Of a stretch of DNA of 62,604 bases, positions 17,146 to 26,462 are shown piece by piece; position 1 is the first letter of the stretch; every line of letters starts with the position of its first letter. The position numbers were made by a program, and so were the translations under genes. The DNA is from a bacterium (GTDB lineage: Bacteria; Patescibacteriota; Minisyncoccia; Phycocordibacterales; SBAW01). The DNA lies in the NCBI GenBank assembly GCA_037139975.1, contig JBAXFJ010000003.1, positions 1-62,604 of the forward strand, written 5' to 3'. The notes under the pieces are model-generated. The model searched no databases. It saw only the letters and a list, made by a program, of their open reading frames with translations, and was not told the origin of the DNA.

Positions 17146-18480
17146 TTATTGTGGTTGTGTGCTGCCGCTTGCGTTGTGATAAAAGAGACCAAGCGCTCGC
17201 GCCGCTTCGGCAACCGCCCGGTCAGGCGTCGAAGCGCCCGTCACGACTGATTCTATCATTGTTTTAAAGATATCGTCGGTCTGTGTGGGGTTTGGGTCGA
17301 GCCACGCGCGCGCCATGAGCGCTGACTGCACAAACACGCTCGCCGCCGCGCTGGCGCTGGTGTCCATCGTCACGTCGCGGCGCACGGGGGGGAGCTTTGC
17401 CGCGCTGGCAAGCGCCGAGACGCCCGCGACCCCTCCCATCAGTTCGGCCACGGTCAGCGCGCCCGAGGGGTTGGCCGCAGTGCGAGCAATTGCAACGCCC
17501 GTCATGCGCCCATAGGTCAGGCGCACGCCGCCGTCTTTGATCTGCGGTATGACCGCCACAGCGATGTGCAAGTTGGGGTTGCGTGCAAGCAAGGTTGGGT
17601 AGTCGCTCGCAAACCCAAAGTAGAATGCGAGTTTGCCCGACACAAACGCGTCGGCAGCTTCGGGCAGCGAGCGATTCCACGAATAGCTCGTTTTGACTGG
17701 GTTCGAAAACTCAGTATAAAACTGCAACGCCGAAGCAGCTGGGCTTGTGGCGGCGCCTTCGGGCACTTCACCCAAAAACGCCACTTGCTTGCCCGACGTG
17801 GGGTCCTCAGCCACAATGGGGTCGCCCGCTTGAATGATGAGTGTCGAGAGGACTTCTTTTGCATAGGCGATGTTGCCCCAACCACCCAGCGCCACAGCGC
17901 TCTTTTGTATAGCAGTATTCCCGTCGGTTGAAAGGGTGGTAAGGCTGGGTGCAATAGTCAAAATTGTGTCCCAGTCTTTTGGCGCCTGCGCCACACTCGC
18001 GGCGGCAAGCGTGTCACGGTTCCAATACATCACGAGCGGGTCGATGAGGATGGGTATGGCGCTTGGTCCTTGGGCGGTCAAAAAGAGACTTCCTTCGTCG
18101 ATGTAGGCACTGGTGAACGCTTGTTGCGACACCGCGCTGTAGGGGATGGTGGTGATTTTATTTGCAAAGCTCCCCACCATCTCGGGTGAAACAAAGAATA
18201 GATCAGGGCCTTTGCCGCTGGCCATCGCTTCCACCAATGCGTTTTCATAGAGCGCTGGTTTTTTATACACATAGGTCACGTTGGCAAACGACTTGTCACC
18301 CGAACGCAAGGTTGCGAGCGCCGTTTCCATCACCGTGGGGTCTATGTCACCCCAGATCGAAACGTTGCCGACTCCTGCACCACCGCTTCCACCACCCTTG
18401 GTTGCAAAGATCCCCGCCCCCAAAAAAATGAGCGCAACAAAAACACCAATCACTGCAATTTGAAAACTAGAACTCTTCAT
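17146..18480 (-). CDS. extracellular solute-binding protein (ABC family 1-like), orphan
   Basis: N-terminal TM/signal anchor plus a Gly-rich linker, and GKGPDLFFVSPEMVGSF. No permease or ATPase gene lies nearby. ATG at 18480. Confidence 0.75.
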   Translation of the reverse strand: MKSSSFQIAVIGVFVALIFLGAGIFATKGGGSGGAGVGNVSIWGDIDPTVMETALATLRSGDKSFANVTYVYKKPALYENALVEAMASGKGPDLFFVSPEMVGSFANKITTIPYSAVSQQAFTSAYIDEGSLFLTAQGPSAIPILIDPLVMYWNRDTLAAASVAQAPKDWDTILTIAPSLTTLSTDGNTAIQKSAVALGGWGNIAYAKEVLSTLIIQAGDPIVAEDPTSGKQVAFLGEVPEGAATSPAASALQFYTEFSNPVKTSYSWNRSLPEAADAFVSGKLAFYFGFASDYPTLLARNPNLHIAVAVIPQIKDGGVRLTYGRMTGVAIARTAANPSGALTVAELMGGVAGVSALASAAKLPPVRRDVTMDTSASAAASVFVQSALMARAWLDPNPTQTDDIFKTMIESVVTGASTPDRAVAEAARALGLFYHNASGSTQPQ

Positions 18481-18487
18481 ACATACA

Positions 18488-19066
18488 TTATGCGGCAGGT
18501 GCGTTTTTTTTGCGAACAACGAATCCCCAGTGGTAGGCGCCCGCAGGAACGTCTTCAATGTATGCAAAGCCGGCTTTTTCAAACAGGTCGCGCGCAGCCC
18601 CCGTGGTCAATACATGGTCTGGGTGGGGCCCAAGGCCCCCAAACGAGTCCTTCCAGTCCACCACCACTGCTCGCCCATGGGGACCAAGCACCCGGTAGGC
18701 CTCCTGTGCCACCTGCAGCTTCTCGTCTGAGGCAAAGAGCGTGTTGGCGATGATGACCAGGTCGAAGCGCCCGGGCGGCAGGTTGCTGCCGCCCGGGCGC
18801 TCAATGTCGCCTTGGACTATCTCAACATTGGGCAAGCCCTCGACAAGCGAGAGGTTCTTGATGCGCACGAGCAAGTCGGTGTTGGTGTCGACGGCCCAGA
18901 CCACACCCGCTTGCCCACCATCCCCACCCGCGACCAAACGGGCCGCGGCACGAGTAAAAAAACCGGCGCCCGCGCCAAAGTCGGCCACACGCATCCCCGC
19001 CTGCACTTTCACGTGCTCCAACACATCGGCGGGATTCAAAAATGAACTATCTTCCCCATCTTGCAT
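18488..19066 (-). CDS. class I SAM-dependent methyltransferase
   Basis: Motif I VADFGAGAGFFT and post-I DLVIIANTLF. ATG at 19066. Confidence 0.75.
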   Translation of the reverse strand: MQDGEDSSFLNPADVLEHVKVQAGMRVADFGAGAGFFTRAAARLVAGGDGGQAGVVWAVDTNTDLLVRIKNLSLVEGLPNVEIVQGDIERPGGSNLPPGRFDLVIIANTLFASDEKLQVAQEAYRVLGPHGRAVVVDWKDSFGGLGPHPDHVLTTGAARDLFEKAGFAYIEDVPAGAYHWGFVVRKKNAPAA

Positions 19067-19194
19067 AGTGTCTCTAGTATACAACCAAAAAAGAAAAGCC
19101 CCCGCCAAATAACATATAGCTTTTCTTATTCCTATACTATATAGTTTTCTCAGCTGAGGCCGCACCAAAACAAAAAGAGAATGGAGGGCTTGTT

Positions 19195-19413
19195 ATGCAG
19201 CAAGACACGGGAAAGATCCGATACATAGCCTATGTGGGAGATCTGGAATATTTGGAGGACACCTTCGGACAATCCTATACACTTCATATGAAGGGGGTAG
19301 GGGGTGGAAAAGGAATTCTGACCATAGAAACAGCGTTCCCAGAAGGAGTGAGGAAGTTTGTGGACACACACTTCCTCCTAACAGAAATCCCAAATGGATG
19401 CACACCCATCTAA
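19195..19413 (+). CDS. hypothetical small protein
   Basis: ggaggg lies 7 nt upstream of the ATG and an intrinsic terminator follows immediately. No family recognised. Confidence 0.5.
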   Translation: MQQDTGKIRYIAYVGDLEYLEDTFGQSYTLHMKGVGGGKGILTIETAFPEGVRKFVDTHFLLTEIPNGCTPI

Positions 19414-19448
19414 ACCACCCCGGCCCGCCTCGGTGGTTTTTATTTTTA
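19413..19448 (+). terminator. intrinsic terminator
   Basis: aaccacc...ggtggtt hairpin followed by tttttatttttat. Confidence 0.6.
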
Positions 19449-19500
19449 TATATTACACAAAAGTTTCCTGTATATACCCTAACAGCTCGGGGAACGGCTC

Positions 19501-19528
19501 CTTGCGTGAAGTTTAACTTCACGCAGAT
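19501..19528. repeat. 28-bp hairpin repeat (copy 2 of 2)
   Basis: cttgcgtgaagtttaacttcacgcagat is 27/28 identical to 5068-5095. It lies about 50 nt downstream of the stop of the 19580-19885 gene. Confidence 0.85.
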
Positions 19529-19579
19529 AACGGGGAGCGCAGGGTTGCCATGATTAGTGTTTGTTTTGTAACATTATTT

Positions 19580-19885
19580 TTACGCTTTCACCATCTTCTT
19601 AGTCACTGAATCTACAAACAATCTGAAGGCGGGACGGTTTTCTTTCTCATATACAATCTTAACTCCCAACAAGTGCCCTTGAGCACAACTCAAATCTTTC
19701 CTTGTTAAAGAAACTTTCGCACCAGAGATTCGATCTATATACATCCGGCGCAAACTCCCCGGTCCATCTTTTTGATACTGACAGATTGCGCTTCCGCACT
19801 TCTGGCAACTCACCAACAAAAGCCGCGAGTATCCTACCCGCGCTTTTTTGTATTTGTCGTTTTTTAAAACAGAATTCTTTTTCAT
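19580..19885 (-). CDS. hypothetical small basic protein with a CxxC...CxxH zinc-ribbon-like pattern
   Basis: CQKCGSAIC...SCAQGH. Lys-rich, no family recognised. Confidence 0.5.
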   Translation of the reverse strand: MKKNSVLKNDKYKKARVGYSRLLLVSCQKCGSAICQYQKDGPGSLRRMYIDRISGAKVSLTRKDLSCAQGHLLGVKIVYEKENRPAFRLFVDSVTKKMVKA

Positions 19886-19891
19886 ATATTA

Positions 19892-20014
19892 CTTGAGCAA
19901 GGTTTCGCCTTGCTCAGCGGGCTTCACTTTATATAAATCGCCCTTGTAATGCCGAAAAACTTCTCCCGTCTTGGGCGCGTTCGCTGGAATTGGAATAACT
20001 TTTCTATCAGTCAT
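19892..20014 (-). CDS. 40-codon ORF with a DUF1653-like N-terminal motif (possibly truncated)
   Basis: Manual translation gives MTDRKVIPIPANAPKTGEVFRHYKGDLYKVKPAEQGETLLK. The ATG lies 1 nt after the gyrA stop. Too short for the ORF track. Confidence 0.3.
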
Positions 20015-20015
20015 T

Positions 20016-22523
20016 TTACAAACACACAAAGGAGGCGATTGCATCACCATCACGGAGTTTCATGATGCGGACGCCTTGGGTCGAGCGCGAGAGGGATGGG
20101 ATCTCCGAGAGGTCGGTGCGGATGACTTGGCCGTTTCGTGAGACAACGACTACTTCGACCACTTCCCCATCTACACCGTTAGGGCCCGAACCACTCTTAC
20201 TCACTACTTTAGCGGCGATCAATGGGCCGGTCTTGGGGGTTACCTTTACCGTCTTGATGCCCGAGCCGCCGCGGTTTTGGGTTTTATATTCTTTGTTTGG
20301 TGTCGTCTTGCCGTAGCCGTTTTTGGAGACGACCAATATCTCAGCATCTTTATCACCTTTGCGGATCACGTCGGCGCCCACGATGACGTCGTTTTTGCCG
20401 AGCTTCATGCCACGCACGCCGCCCGCCGTGCGGCCCATGGTGCGGATGTCGCTCTCTTTAAAGCGGATCGCCTGCCCACTCGCTGAAGCCAAGACGATTT
20501 CGTCGCCTTTCTCAACCAACAGCGCGGCGATGAGCTCGTCGCCGGGGGTGAGCTTCATCGCGATGAGGCCTGAGCGGCGCACGTCGTGGAAGGCGGTTGC
20601 ATCCACCTTTTTGGTGACGCCCTGCTTGGTCACCATATACAACGATCTTTCTCCCTCTTTGTCGGCCTTGCGCATCGAGAGCACCGACGAAACTTTTTCG
20701 GTGTCAGAAATTGAGAGGAAGTTAACGATAGCCTTGCCCTTGGTCGAGCGTTTGCCCTCGGGCAATTCATACATTTTGATTTGATACGCCTTGCCCACAT
20801 CGGTAAAGAAGAGCAGGTCGCTGTGGCTCGACGTGGTCAAGAAGGTGGTGACGAAGTCTTCTTCTTTGGTATTTAAATCAATAACGCCCACGCCTCCCCT
20901 CTTTTGCCTTTTATACTCTTCTGGGTTGGTGCGCTTGACGTAGCCGCCCGCGGTCAAGACGAGCACCTGCTCTTCTTCGGGGACCAAATCTTCAACATTG
21001 ATGATGCCCGCCGAACCTTTCATAACTTTGGTCTTGCGGTCGTCGCCAAAGCGCTTGCCTGCGGCCAGCACCTCGTCTTTGACGACACCAAGCATCCTTT
21101 TCTCGCTTGCCAAAAGCGCTTGCCACTCGGCGATCCGAGCCTGCACTTCATCGAGCTCGTCGTTGATTTTCTTTCGTTCGAGGTTAGCCAGGCGCGACAG
21201 GCGCATCTCGAGAATCGCTTGTGCTTGCAGTGGTGAAAATTTGAATTTTTTTATCAAATTGATTTCGGCTTCGGCCACATCTTTGGACGCGCGAATGGTC
21301 TTAATGACCTCGTCGATATGGTCGAGCGCTTTCTGCAAACCAAGCAGGATGTGTTCGCGCTCCTGTGCGCGGGTCAGGTCAAAGAGCGTGCGGCGGCGCA
21401 CCACCTCGCGGCGGTGCTTGATGAATTCTTCCAAAATCCCCTTAAGGCTGAGCGTTTGTGGCACGCCGTCAACCAAACAAACCATATTGAAGTGGAAGGT
21501 GTCTTCGAGCGCCGTGTGTTTGTAAAGATAGTTGAGGACTTTTTGCGGATGTGCACCGTTTTTAAGCTCGATGACCACGCGGATGTCGCGGGTCGACTCG
21601 TCGCGCAGGCCGCGGATGCCCTCGAGCTTTTTGTCGCGCACCAGGTCGGCTATGCGCACGATAAGGTCGGACTTGTTGACGCGATAGGGAATGGAGGTAA
21701 TCACGATTTGGAAATTACCTTTTTTGTCTTCGACGATTTCGGCAACGCCGCGCACCACCACGCCGCCGCGGCCGGTCGAGTAGGCGTGGAGCAAGTCTTT
21801 TTTATTAAACGCCACCGCCCCTGTGGGGAAGTCGGGGCCCGAGACATGCGCCATCAAATCCTCGACGGTTGCTTCGGGGTTGTCTATCAAATGCGTGAGC
21901 GCGTTCAAAACCTCCTGCAGGTTGTGTGGCGGGATGGAAGTCGCCATACCCACGGCGATGCCGAGCGTTCCATTCAACAAAAGATTGGGCACCGCCGCGG
22001 GCAACACTTCAGGTTCCTTCAGTGTGCCGTCGTAGTTCAGGCGCCAACCCACGGTGTCTTTTTCGAGATCGCCAAGAAGCTGTTCACTCATGCGCGACAT
22101 CTTTGCCTCGGTGTAGCGCATCGCGGCAGCTGAGTCGCCGTCTATTGAGCCAAAGTTACCTTGGCCGATAATCAGCGGGTAGCGCATCGAAAACTCTTGT
22201 GCCATTTTGACCATCGCGTCATACACCGACGCGTCGCCGTGCGGGTGATACTTTCCCAGCACATCCCCCACCACTGCCGCGCTTTTGCGAAAGCGCGCGC
22301 CCGAGGTGAGTCCCATGCGGTGCATCGCATAGAGGATGCGGCGGTGCACCGGCTTGAGCCCGTCGCGCACGTCGGGCAGGGCGCGGCTGGTGATAACCGA
22401 CATCGCGTAGTCCAAGTAGGCTTCGCGCATCTCGGTCGAGATGTTGCGACCGACCACGTTCACATGGGCTACCTGCTCCCCCGCTTCTTCTTTATTATTC
22501 TTTTTATCTTTTTCTCCTGCCAT
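20016..22523 (-). CDS. gyrA: DNA gyrase subunit A
   Basis: [26 protein letters not shown], the active-site Tyr region and C-terminal beta-pinwheel repeats. Confidence 0.97.
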   Translation of the reverse strand: MAGEKDKKNNKEEAGEQVAHVNVVGRNISTEMREAYLDYAMSVITSRALPDVRDGLKPVHRRILYAMHRMGLTSGARFRKSAAVVGDVLGKYHPHGDASVYDAMVKMAQEFSMRYPLIIGQGNFGSIDGDSAAAMRYTEAKMSRMSEQLLGDLEKDTVGWRLNYDGTLKEPEVLPAAVPNLLLNGTLGIAVGMATSIPPHNLQEVLNALTHLIDNPEATVEDLMAHVSGPDFPTGAVAFNKKDLLHAYSTGRGGVVVRGVAEIVEDKKGNFQIVITSIPYRVNKSDLIVRIADLVRDKKLEGIRGLRDESTRDIRVVIELKNGAHPQKVLNYLYKHTALEDTFHFNMVCLVDGVPQTLSLKGILEEFIKHRREVVRRRTLFDLTRAQEREHILLGLQKALDHIDEVIKTIRASKDVAEAEINLIKKFKFSPLQAQAILEMRLSRLANLERKKINDELDEVQARIAEWQALLASEKRMLGVVKDEVLAAGKRFGDDRKTKVMKGSAGIINVEDLVPEEEQVLVLTAGGYVKRTNPEEYKRQKRGGVGVIDLNTKEEDFVTTFLTTSSHSDLLFFTDVGKAYQIKMYELPEGKRSTKGKAIVNFLSISDTEKVSSVLSMRKADKEGERSLYMVTKQGVTKKVDATAFHDVRRSGLIAMKLTPGDELIAALLVEKGDEIVLASASGQAIRFKESDIRTMGRTAGGVRGMKLGKNDVIVGADVIRKGDKDAEILVVSKNGYGKTTPNKEYKTQNRGGSGIKTVKVTPKTGPLIAAKVVSKSGSGPNGVDGEVVEVVVVSRNGQVIRTDLSEIPSLSRSTQGVRIMKLRDGDAIASFVCL

Positions 22524-22553
22524 ACAGTTATGAGTGAATAGTATTTTGCGTGA

Positions 22554-22913
22554 CTATTGCGGACTGACCAGCGAGTCGCCTGTGTTGCTGCTTGTGGCCA
22601 CAACAAGCGTATTGCTTGAACCACCCATCGCAGCGCCGCCGTCGCCCGGCGCAGCACTCACCACGCTCGCGAGTTGCGATTGGTTCTGGTCAGTGCCGTT
22701 TGCAATGGTGGTCTGAGTATCGCTTGACGCTTCTTTGGTTGGTCCAAATGTGTGCACCGAGAGCCGCACGCCAGTGGCCGTCAACCACACAAAAAAGACA
22801 GCAAGTGTAATGATACTTGAAAGCCGCGCTGCATGCACACGCCTCTCGTGAGGTTTTTTCGCTTGCAGGTTTTGGATATATTGCTTCATGCGTTGAGTAG
22901 AATAAGAGAACAC
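22554..22913 (-). CDS. hypothetical membrane-anchored protein
   Basis: One TM helix, then a low-complexity S/T/G tail. Confidence 0.45.
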   Translation of the reverse strand: MFSYSTQRMKQYIQNLQAKKPHERRVHAARLSSIITLAVFFVWLTATGVRLSVHTFGPTKEASSDTQTTIANGTDQNQSQLASVVSAAPGDGGAAMGGSSNTLVVATSSNTGDSLVSPQ

Positions 22914-23552
22914 CTAGGATTCCAGAACAACAATCTCACCCTCTTTGCCCTCTAAATCTTTCTTTTTTATTGTGAGCTTCTCTATTGGCTTTACCCCTTC
23001 CGCACTCGCTTCTTTCAAAAAAGCTTTAAGCGTTTGGTCGCTGCTATGCATAGGGATAATGACTTTTGGCTCGAGCTGAACCGCGAGTTTGTAGCCTTCA
23101 GCATATTCAAGTAAGCCGTTTTTACCGTCGCCGCCAATCGGCAAAAAGAGAATGTCGATGTCGTCGAGCTCCTGTTTTGCCTCTTGGGGCAGCGTACGCG
23201 TGCCGAGCGCACCCAAAAAGCACAGGTTCATTCCTTCGAGCATGATGCTATATACTGTGTTGATTGTTTCTTTTTCAGCCACTTGCCCATAGGTCGACAC
23301 GACCCCAAAGCCACGCACCGCAACATCACGGATTTCATATTCACCCGGCCCGTTAATGACGAACGGCTCGCGTTCGCCAAAGACGCCGTTTTCTGTGCCG
23401 TTAAAGTCGGGATGGTCTTGGCTGACAAAGACGATGTCTGAGCCAAACTTAACGCTCTTAAGGTCAGAGTCTTTTGCAGGCAAATTAAATGCCAAGGTGA
23501 GCTCGCCTTGGGTAATCTTAAAGCACTCCCCACCGAGGTAGTTGATAACCAT
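22914..23552 (-). CDS. metallo-beta-lactamase-fold hydrolase (UPF0173-like)
   Basis: 212 aa with INYLGGECFKI...VFVSQDHPDF...IPMH. Confidence 0.75.
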   Translation of the reverse strand: MVINYLGGECFKITQGELTLAFNLPAKDSDLKSVKFGSDIVFVSQDHPDFNGTENGVFGEREPFVINGPGEYEIRDVAVRGFGVVSTYGQVAEKETINTVYSIMLEGMNLCFLGALGTRTLPQEAKQELDDIDILFLPIGGDGKNGLLEYAEGYKLAVQLEPKVIIPMHSSDQTLKAFLKEASAEGVKPIEKLTIKKKDLEGKEGEIVVLES

Positions 23553-24082
23553 ACGCCTATTCTAGCATATTTTGCAAAACCACACCTCACTACAACGTAG
23601 CTTTACAAAAACAGATCTTTGGTGTAGGGTTTTATGTACATGGTGCTCCCCTCACCATGTGCCAAGCAAGGGTGGCTTCCGTGCTCCTCACCCCCTCGAC
23701 GGGAGCCACCCGAGCGCAGGCAGTTCTTTTTGTCTAATTTATCTAAGATTTTAGCTGTACATTCGTTTGGTTATTGCACTCCGCACATAACCCTTGGACA
23801 AGTTCCCCACTTGCCCAAGTACCCACCCGCAAAACTTCCCCAGCGTGAAAGCGCTGGGGCCTTTTCGTATCAATTTTTGAGCCTTTCATAAGACTTTGCA
23901 AATCAAAACTTTTGCTGTATATTGCCCTTAATTGCTTTATTAACAGCAATCGCCCTCCCTTAAAAAGAAGGCAAAAGCCCGCCGAAAGTCGGACAAGCGC
24001 GCAGGAGTAACCTTCAAATTTCCCCAAGGTTTAACCTTCCAGAAATTTGAAGCCCCTGCCGTACAATTACATACACATTATT

Positions 24083-25195
24083 ATGTCTACAAAAGCCATC
24101 GACAGTGCTGACGTTCCCGCAATTTCCACCCCCATGATGGGGTTTTTTGAGCAAGCTCAAGAACCCCCAAAGCCCGGCGATATTATCGAAGGTGTGGTGA
24201 TTTCACTCGACCGCGCCCGCCTCTACATTGACCTGCCACCGTTTGGTACGGGGGTGATTTTTGGGCGCGAATACATGAACGCGCGCGAAGTCATCAAGCG
24301 CATCAACGTGGGCGACACCGTTGCCGCCAAAGTCATCGAGACGAACACCAAAGACGGCTACATCGAGCTCAGTCTCAAGGAAGCGCGCCAAGCAATCGTC
24401 TGGGCCGAGGCCGAGGAAGCAGTCAAGCAAAACAAGCAGTTTGAACTCACCATCAAAGAAGCCAACAAAGGTGGGCTCATTTTGGATTGGCAGGGCCTCT
24501 CTGGTTTCTTGCCTGCCTCGCAGCTCAAGGCCGACCACTACCCACGCATCGCTGACGGCGACAAAGACAAGATCTTGGACGAGCTCCGCAAACTGGTTGG
24601 GCAGAAAATAAACGTAACGCTCATCTCAGCAATGCCCAAGGAAGGCAAGCTCATTTTCTCTGAAAAGGGCCAAAACAACGAAGAAAAGAGCGGTATGATC
24701 GAACACTATGGCGTCGGCGACGTCGTGACAGGTACCGTGACCGGTATGGTTGACTTTGGTGTCTTCGTGAAGCTCGAGGAGGGCCTCGAGGGCTTGGTAC
24801 ACATCTCTGAAATCGACTGGGGTCTTGTGGATGACCCTCGGCACTTCTTCACTGTGGGCGATGCCGTCAAGGTAAAGATTATCGATATCAAAGATGGAAA
24901 GGTGTCGCTCTCGATCAAATCCCTTAAAGAAAATCCGTGGCAAGAGGCAAGCAAGCGCTACCACAAGGGCGACCAAGTCGAAGGCGTTATTATCAAGTTC
25001 AACAAACACGGCGCACTGGCTTCCATTGAAGAAGGTATCGCGGGCCTGGTGCACGTCTCAGAGTTTGGCGGCGAGGACAAGCTCCGTGCCGGCCTCGAAC
25101 TGGGCAAACGCTACCCATTTACCATCGCCCTCTTTGATCCAAAAGAGATGCGCATGGCGCTTTCGGTCAACCCAGTTGCCCCAGAACAAAAATAG
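24083..25195 (+). CDS. rpsA: 30S ribosomal protein S1 (four S1 domains)
   Basis: Repeated S1 motifs (GDIIEGVV.., GDVVTGTVTGMVDFGVFVKL, GDQVEGVIIKFNKHGALASI). ATG at 24083. Confidence 0.9.
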   Translation: MSTKAIDSADVPAISTPMMGFFEQAQEPPKPGDIIEGVVISLDRARLYIDLPPFGTGVIFGREYMNAREVIKRINVGDTVAAKVIETNTKDGYIELSLKEARQAIVWAEAEEAVKQNKQFELTIKEANKGGLILDWQGLSGFLPASQLKADHYPRIADGDKDKILDELRKLVGQKINVTLISAMPKEGKLIFSEKGQNNEEKSGMIEHYGVGDVVTGTVTGMVDFGVFVKLEEGLEGLVHISEIDWGLVDDPRHFFTVGDAVKVKIIDIKDGKVSLSIKSLKENPWQEASKRYHKGDQVEGVIIKFNKHGALASIEEGIAGLVHVSEFGGEDKLRAGLELGKRYPFTIALFDPKEMRMALSVNPVAPEQK

Positions 25196-25216
25196 CACGT
25201 ACACAAATATCAGAAA

Positions 25217-25765
25217 CTAGCGGCTGTGGATCTCCATGGTCGCTTTTTCTCTTCCATCTACCACCAGCAACTCCAACGCCTCGCCGACCAGCTTGTGTGC
25301 TTTTTTGAGTTTTTCTTGCTCAGACGGCTTGAATGTGCCCAACACAAAGTCAATAACTTTTTCTTGATCCGGCTTTTTGAGCTTGCCGCCGGGTGTTGCG
25401 GGTGAAATGCCCACGCGTACACGCACAAAGTCTTTTGTTTTGAGGGCTTTTTGGATGGACGCGACCCCGCGATGGCCACCCGCGCCGCTTCCAAACGAGA
25501 TTTTAACTTTTCCAAGCGGCAGATCGAGATCGTCATGCACTACCACGAGCTCCGCGAGTGCTTTTACACTGGGTTTTTCTCCCCACAACTTCTTGACCGG
25601 CTTCCCCGAGTCGTTCATAAAGACGTCGGGAAGAATTATTTTTGTGCTTTTGTCTGTTTCAAGAATTTTTTTTTCAAGCGCAAGCAAAAAGTCACGCCCC
25701 ACATTGTGTCGTGTGCCAACGTATTCGTCTCCTGGATTGCCCAAGCCAACAAAAATCCATTTCAT
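25217..25765 (-). CDS. pth: peptidyl-tRNA hydrolase
   Basis: GLGNPGDEYVGTRHNVG and VVHDDLDLPLGKV. Confidence 0.95.
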   Translation of the reverse strand: MKWIFVGLGNPGDEYVGTRHNVGRDFLLALEKKILETDKSTKIILPDVFMNDSGKPVKKLWGEKPSVKALAELVVVHDDLDLPLGKVKISFGSGAGGHRGVASIQKALKTKDFVRVRVGISPATPGGKLKKPDQEKVIDFVLGTFKPSEQEKLKKAHKLVGEALELLVVDGREKATMEIHSR

Positions 25766-25895
25766 GCACAAATACTAGCACCAAAATAATTAAAAGTAAT
25801 TCTAAAGACGCTTGCATGCATCTTTTTTGTGTTCTCCACTGCACTTTTGTCTTGTGGACGCTTGCACAGAAAAAAAAATCCACTACACTGTTTGC

Positions 25896-26462
25896 ATGGA
25901 AGAGGAGCAGCGTGAAAATTTCTTCACCGAACTCCTCAAGTTTGCGTTTGTCGCATTGTGCATCGTTGTTCCTATCCGACTTTTTATTCTGCAACCATTC
26001 ATTGTCTCTGGACAATCAATGGTGCCAACCTTTCAAAACAGTCAGTACCTCTTTGTCGACGAACTCTCATACTATTTTGAAACACCACAGCGCGGCGACG
26101 TTATTGTGTTCCACTACCCAAAAGACACTTCCCAGTTTTTTATCAAACGCATCATCGGCCTCCCTGGCGAAACTCTGCACATCTCTGACACTGGCGTCAC
26201 CATTCAAAAACCAGGCAGCGCAAGCACCACAGACATAACCATTGCCGACTCATACATCGTCAACCACGGCAACGGTGGTGAGCAGACCTACACCGTTCCT
26301 CTGGGCGAATACTTTGTGATGGGTGACAACCGACCCGAAAGTTCGGATTCGCGCGTGTGGGGTTTCCTGCCAAAAAAAGACATTGTTGGCCGAGTGCTTC
26401 TACGTTTATTGCCCGTCTCCGTTGCCGCACTGTTTCCTGGGGCAATCACCTTACCACAATGA
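25896..26462 (+). CDS. lepB: signal peptidase I
   Basis: SGQSMVPTF, KRIIGLPGE and GDNRPESSDSR. Confidence 0.9.
   Translation: MEEEQRENFFTELLKFAFVALCIVVPIRLFILQPFIVSGQSMVPTFQNSQYLFVDELSYYFETPQRGDVIVFHYPKDTSQFFIKRIIGLPGETLHISDTGVTIQKPGSASTTDITIADSYIVNHGNGGEQTYTVPLGEYFVMGDNRPESSDSRVWGFLPKKDIVGRVLLRLLPVSVAALFPGAITLPQ

Noticed and set aside
23553-24082. RNase P RNA, SRP (4.5S) RNA or tmRNA in the large gap.
   Set aside because: On both strands I looked for GGAAAGUCC and ACAGAAnCCGGCUUA (RNase P), the GGAA tetraloop with AGCAGC (SRP), and a tRNA-like T-loop/CCA end (tmRNA). The only partial match is gccGAAAGUCggac, which is simply a small hairpin. The region is kept as an unclassified structured-RNA candidate.
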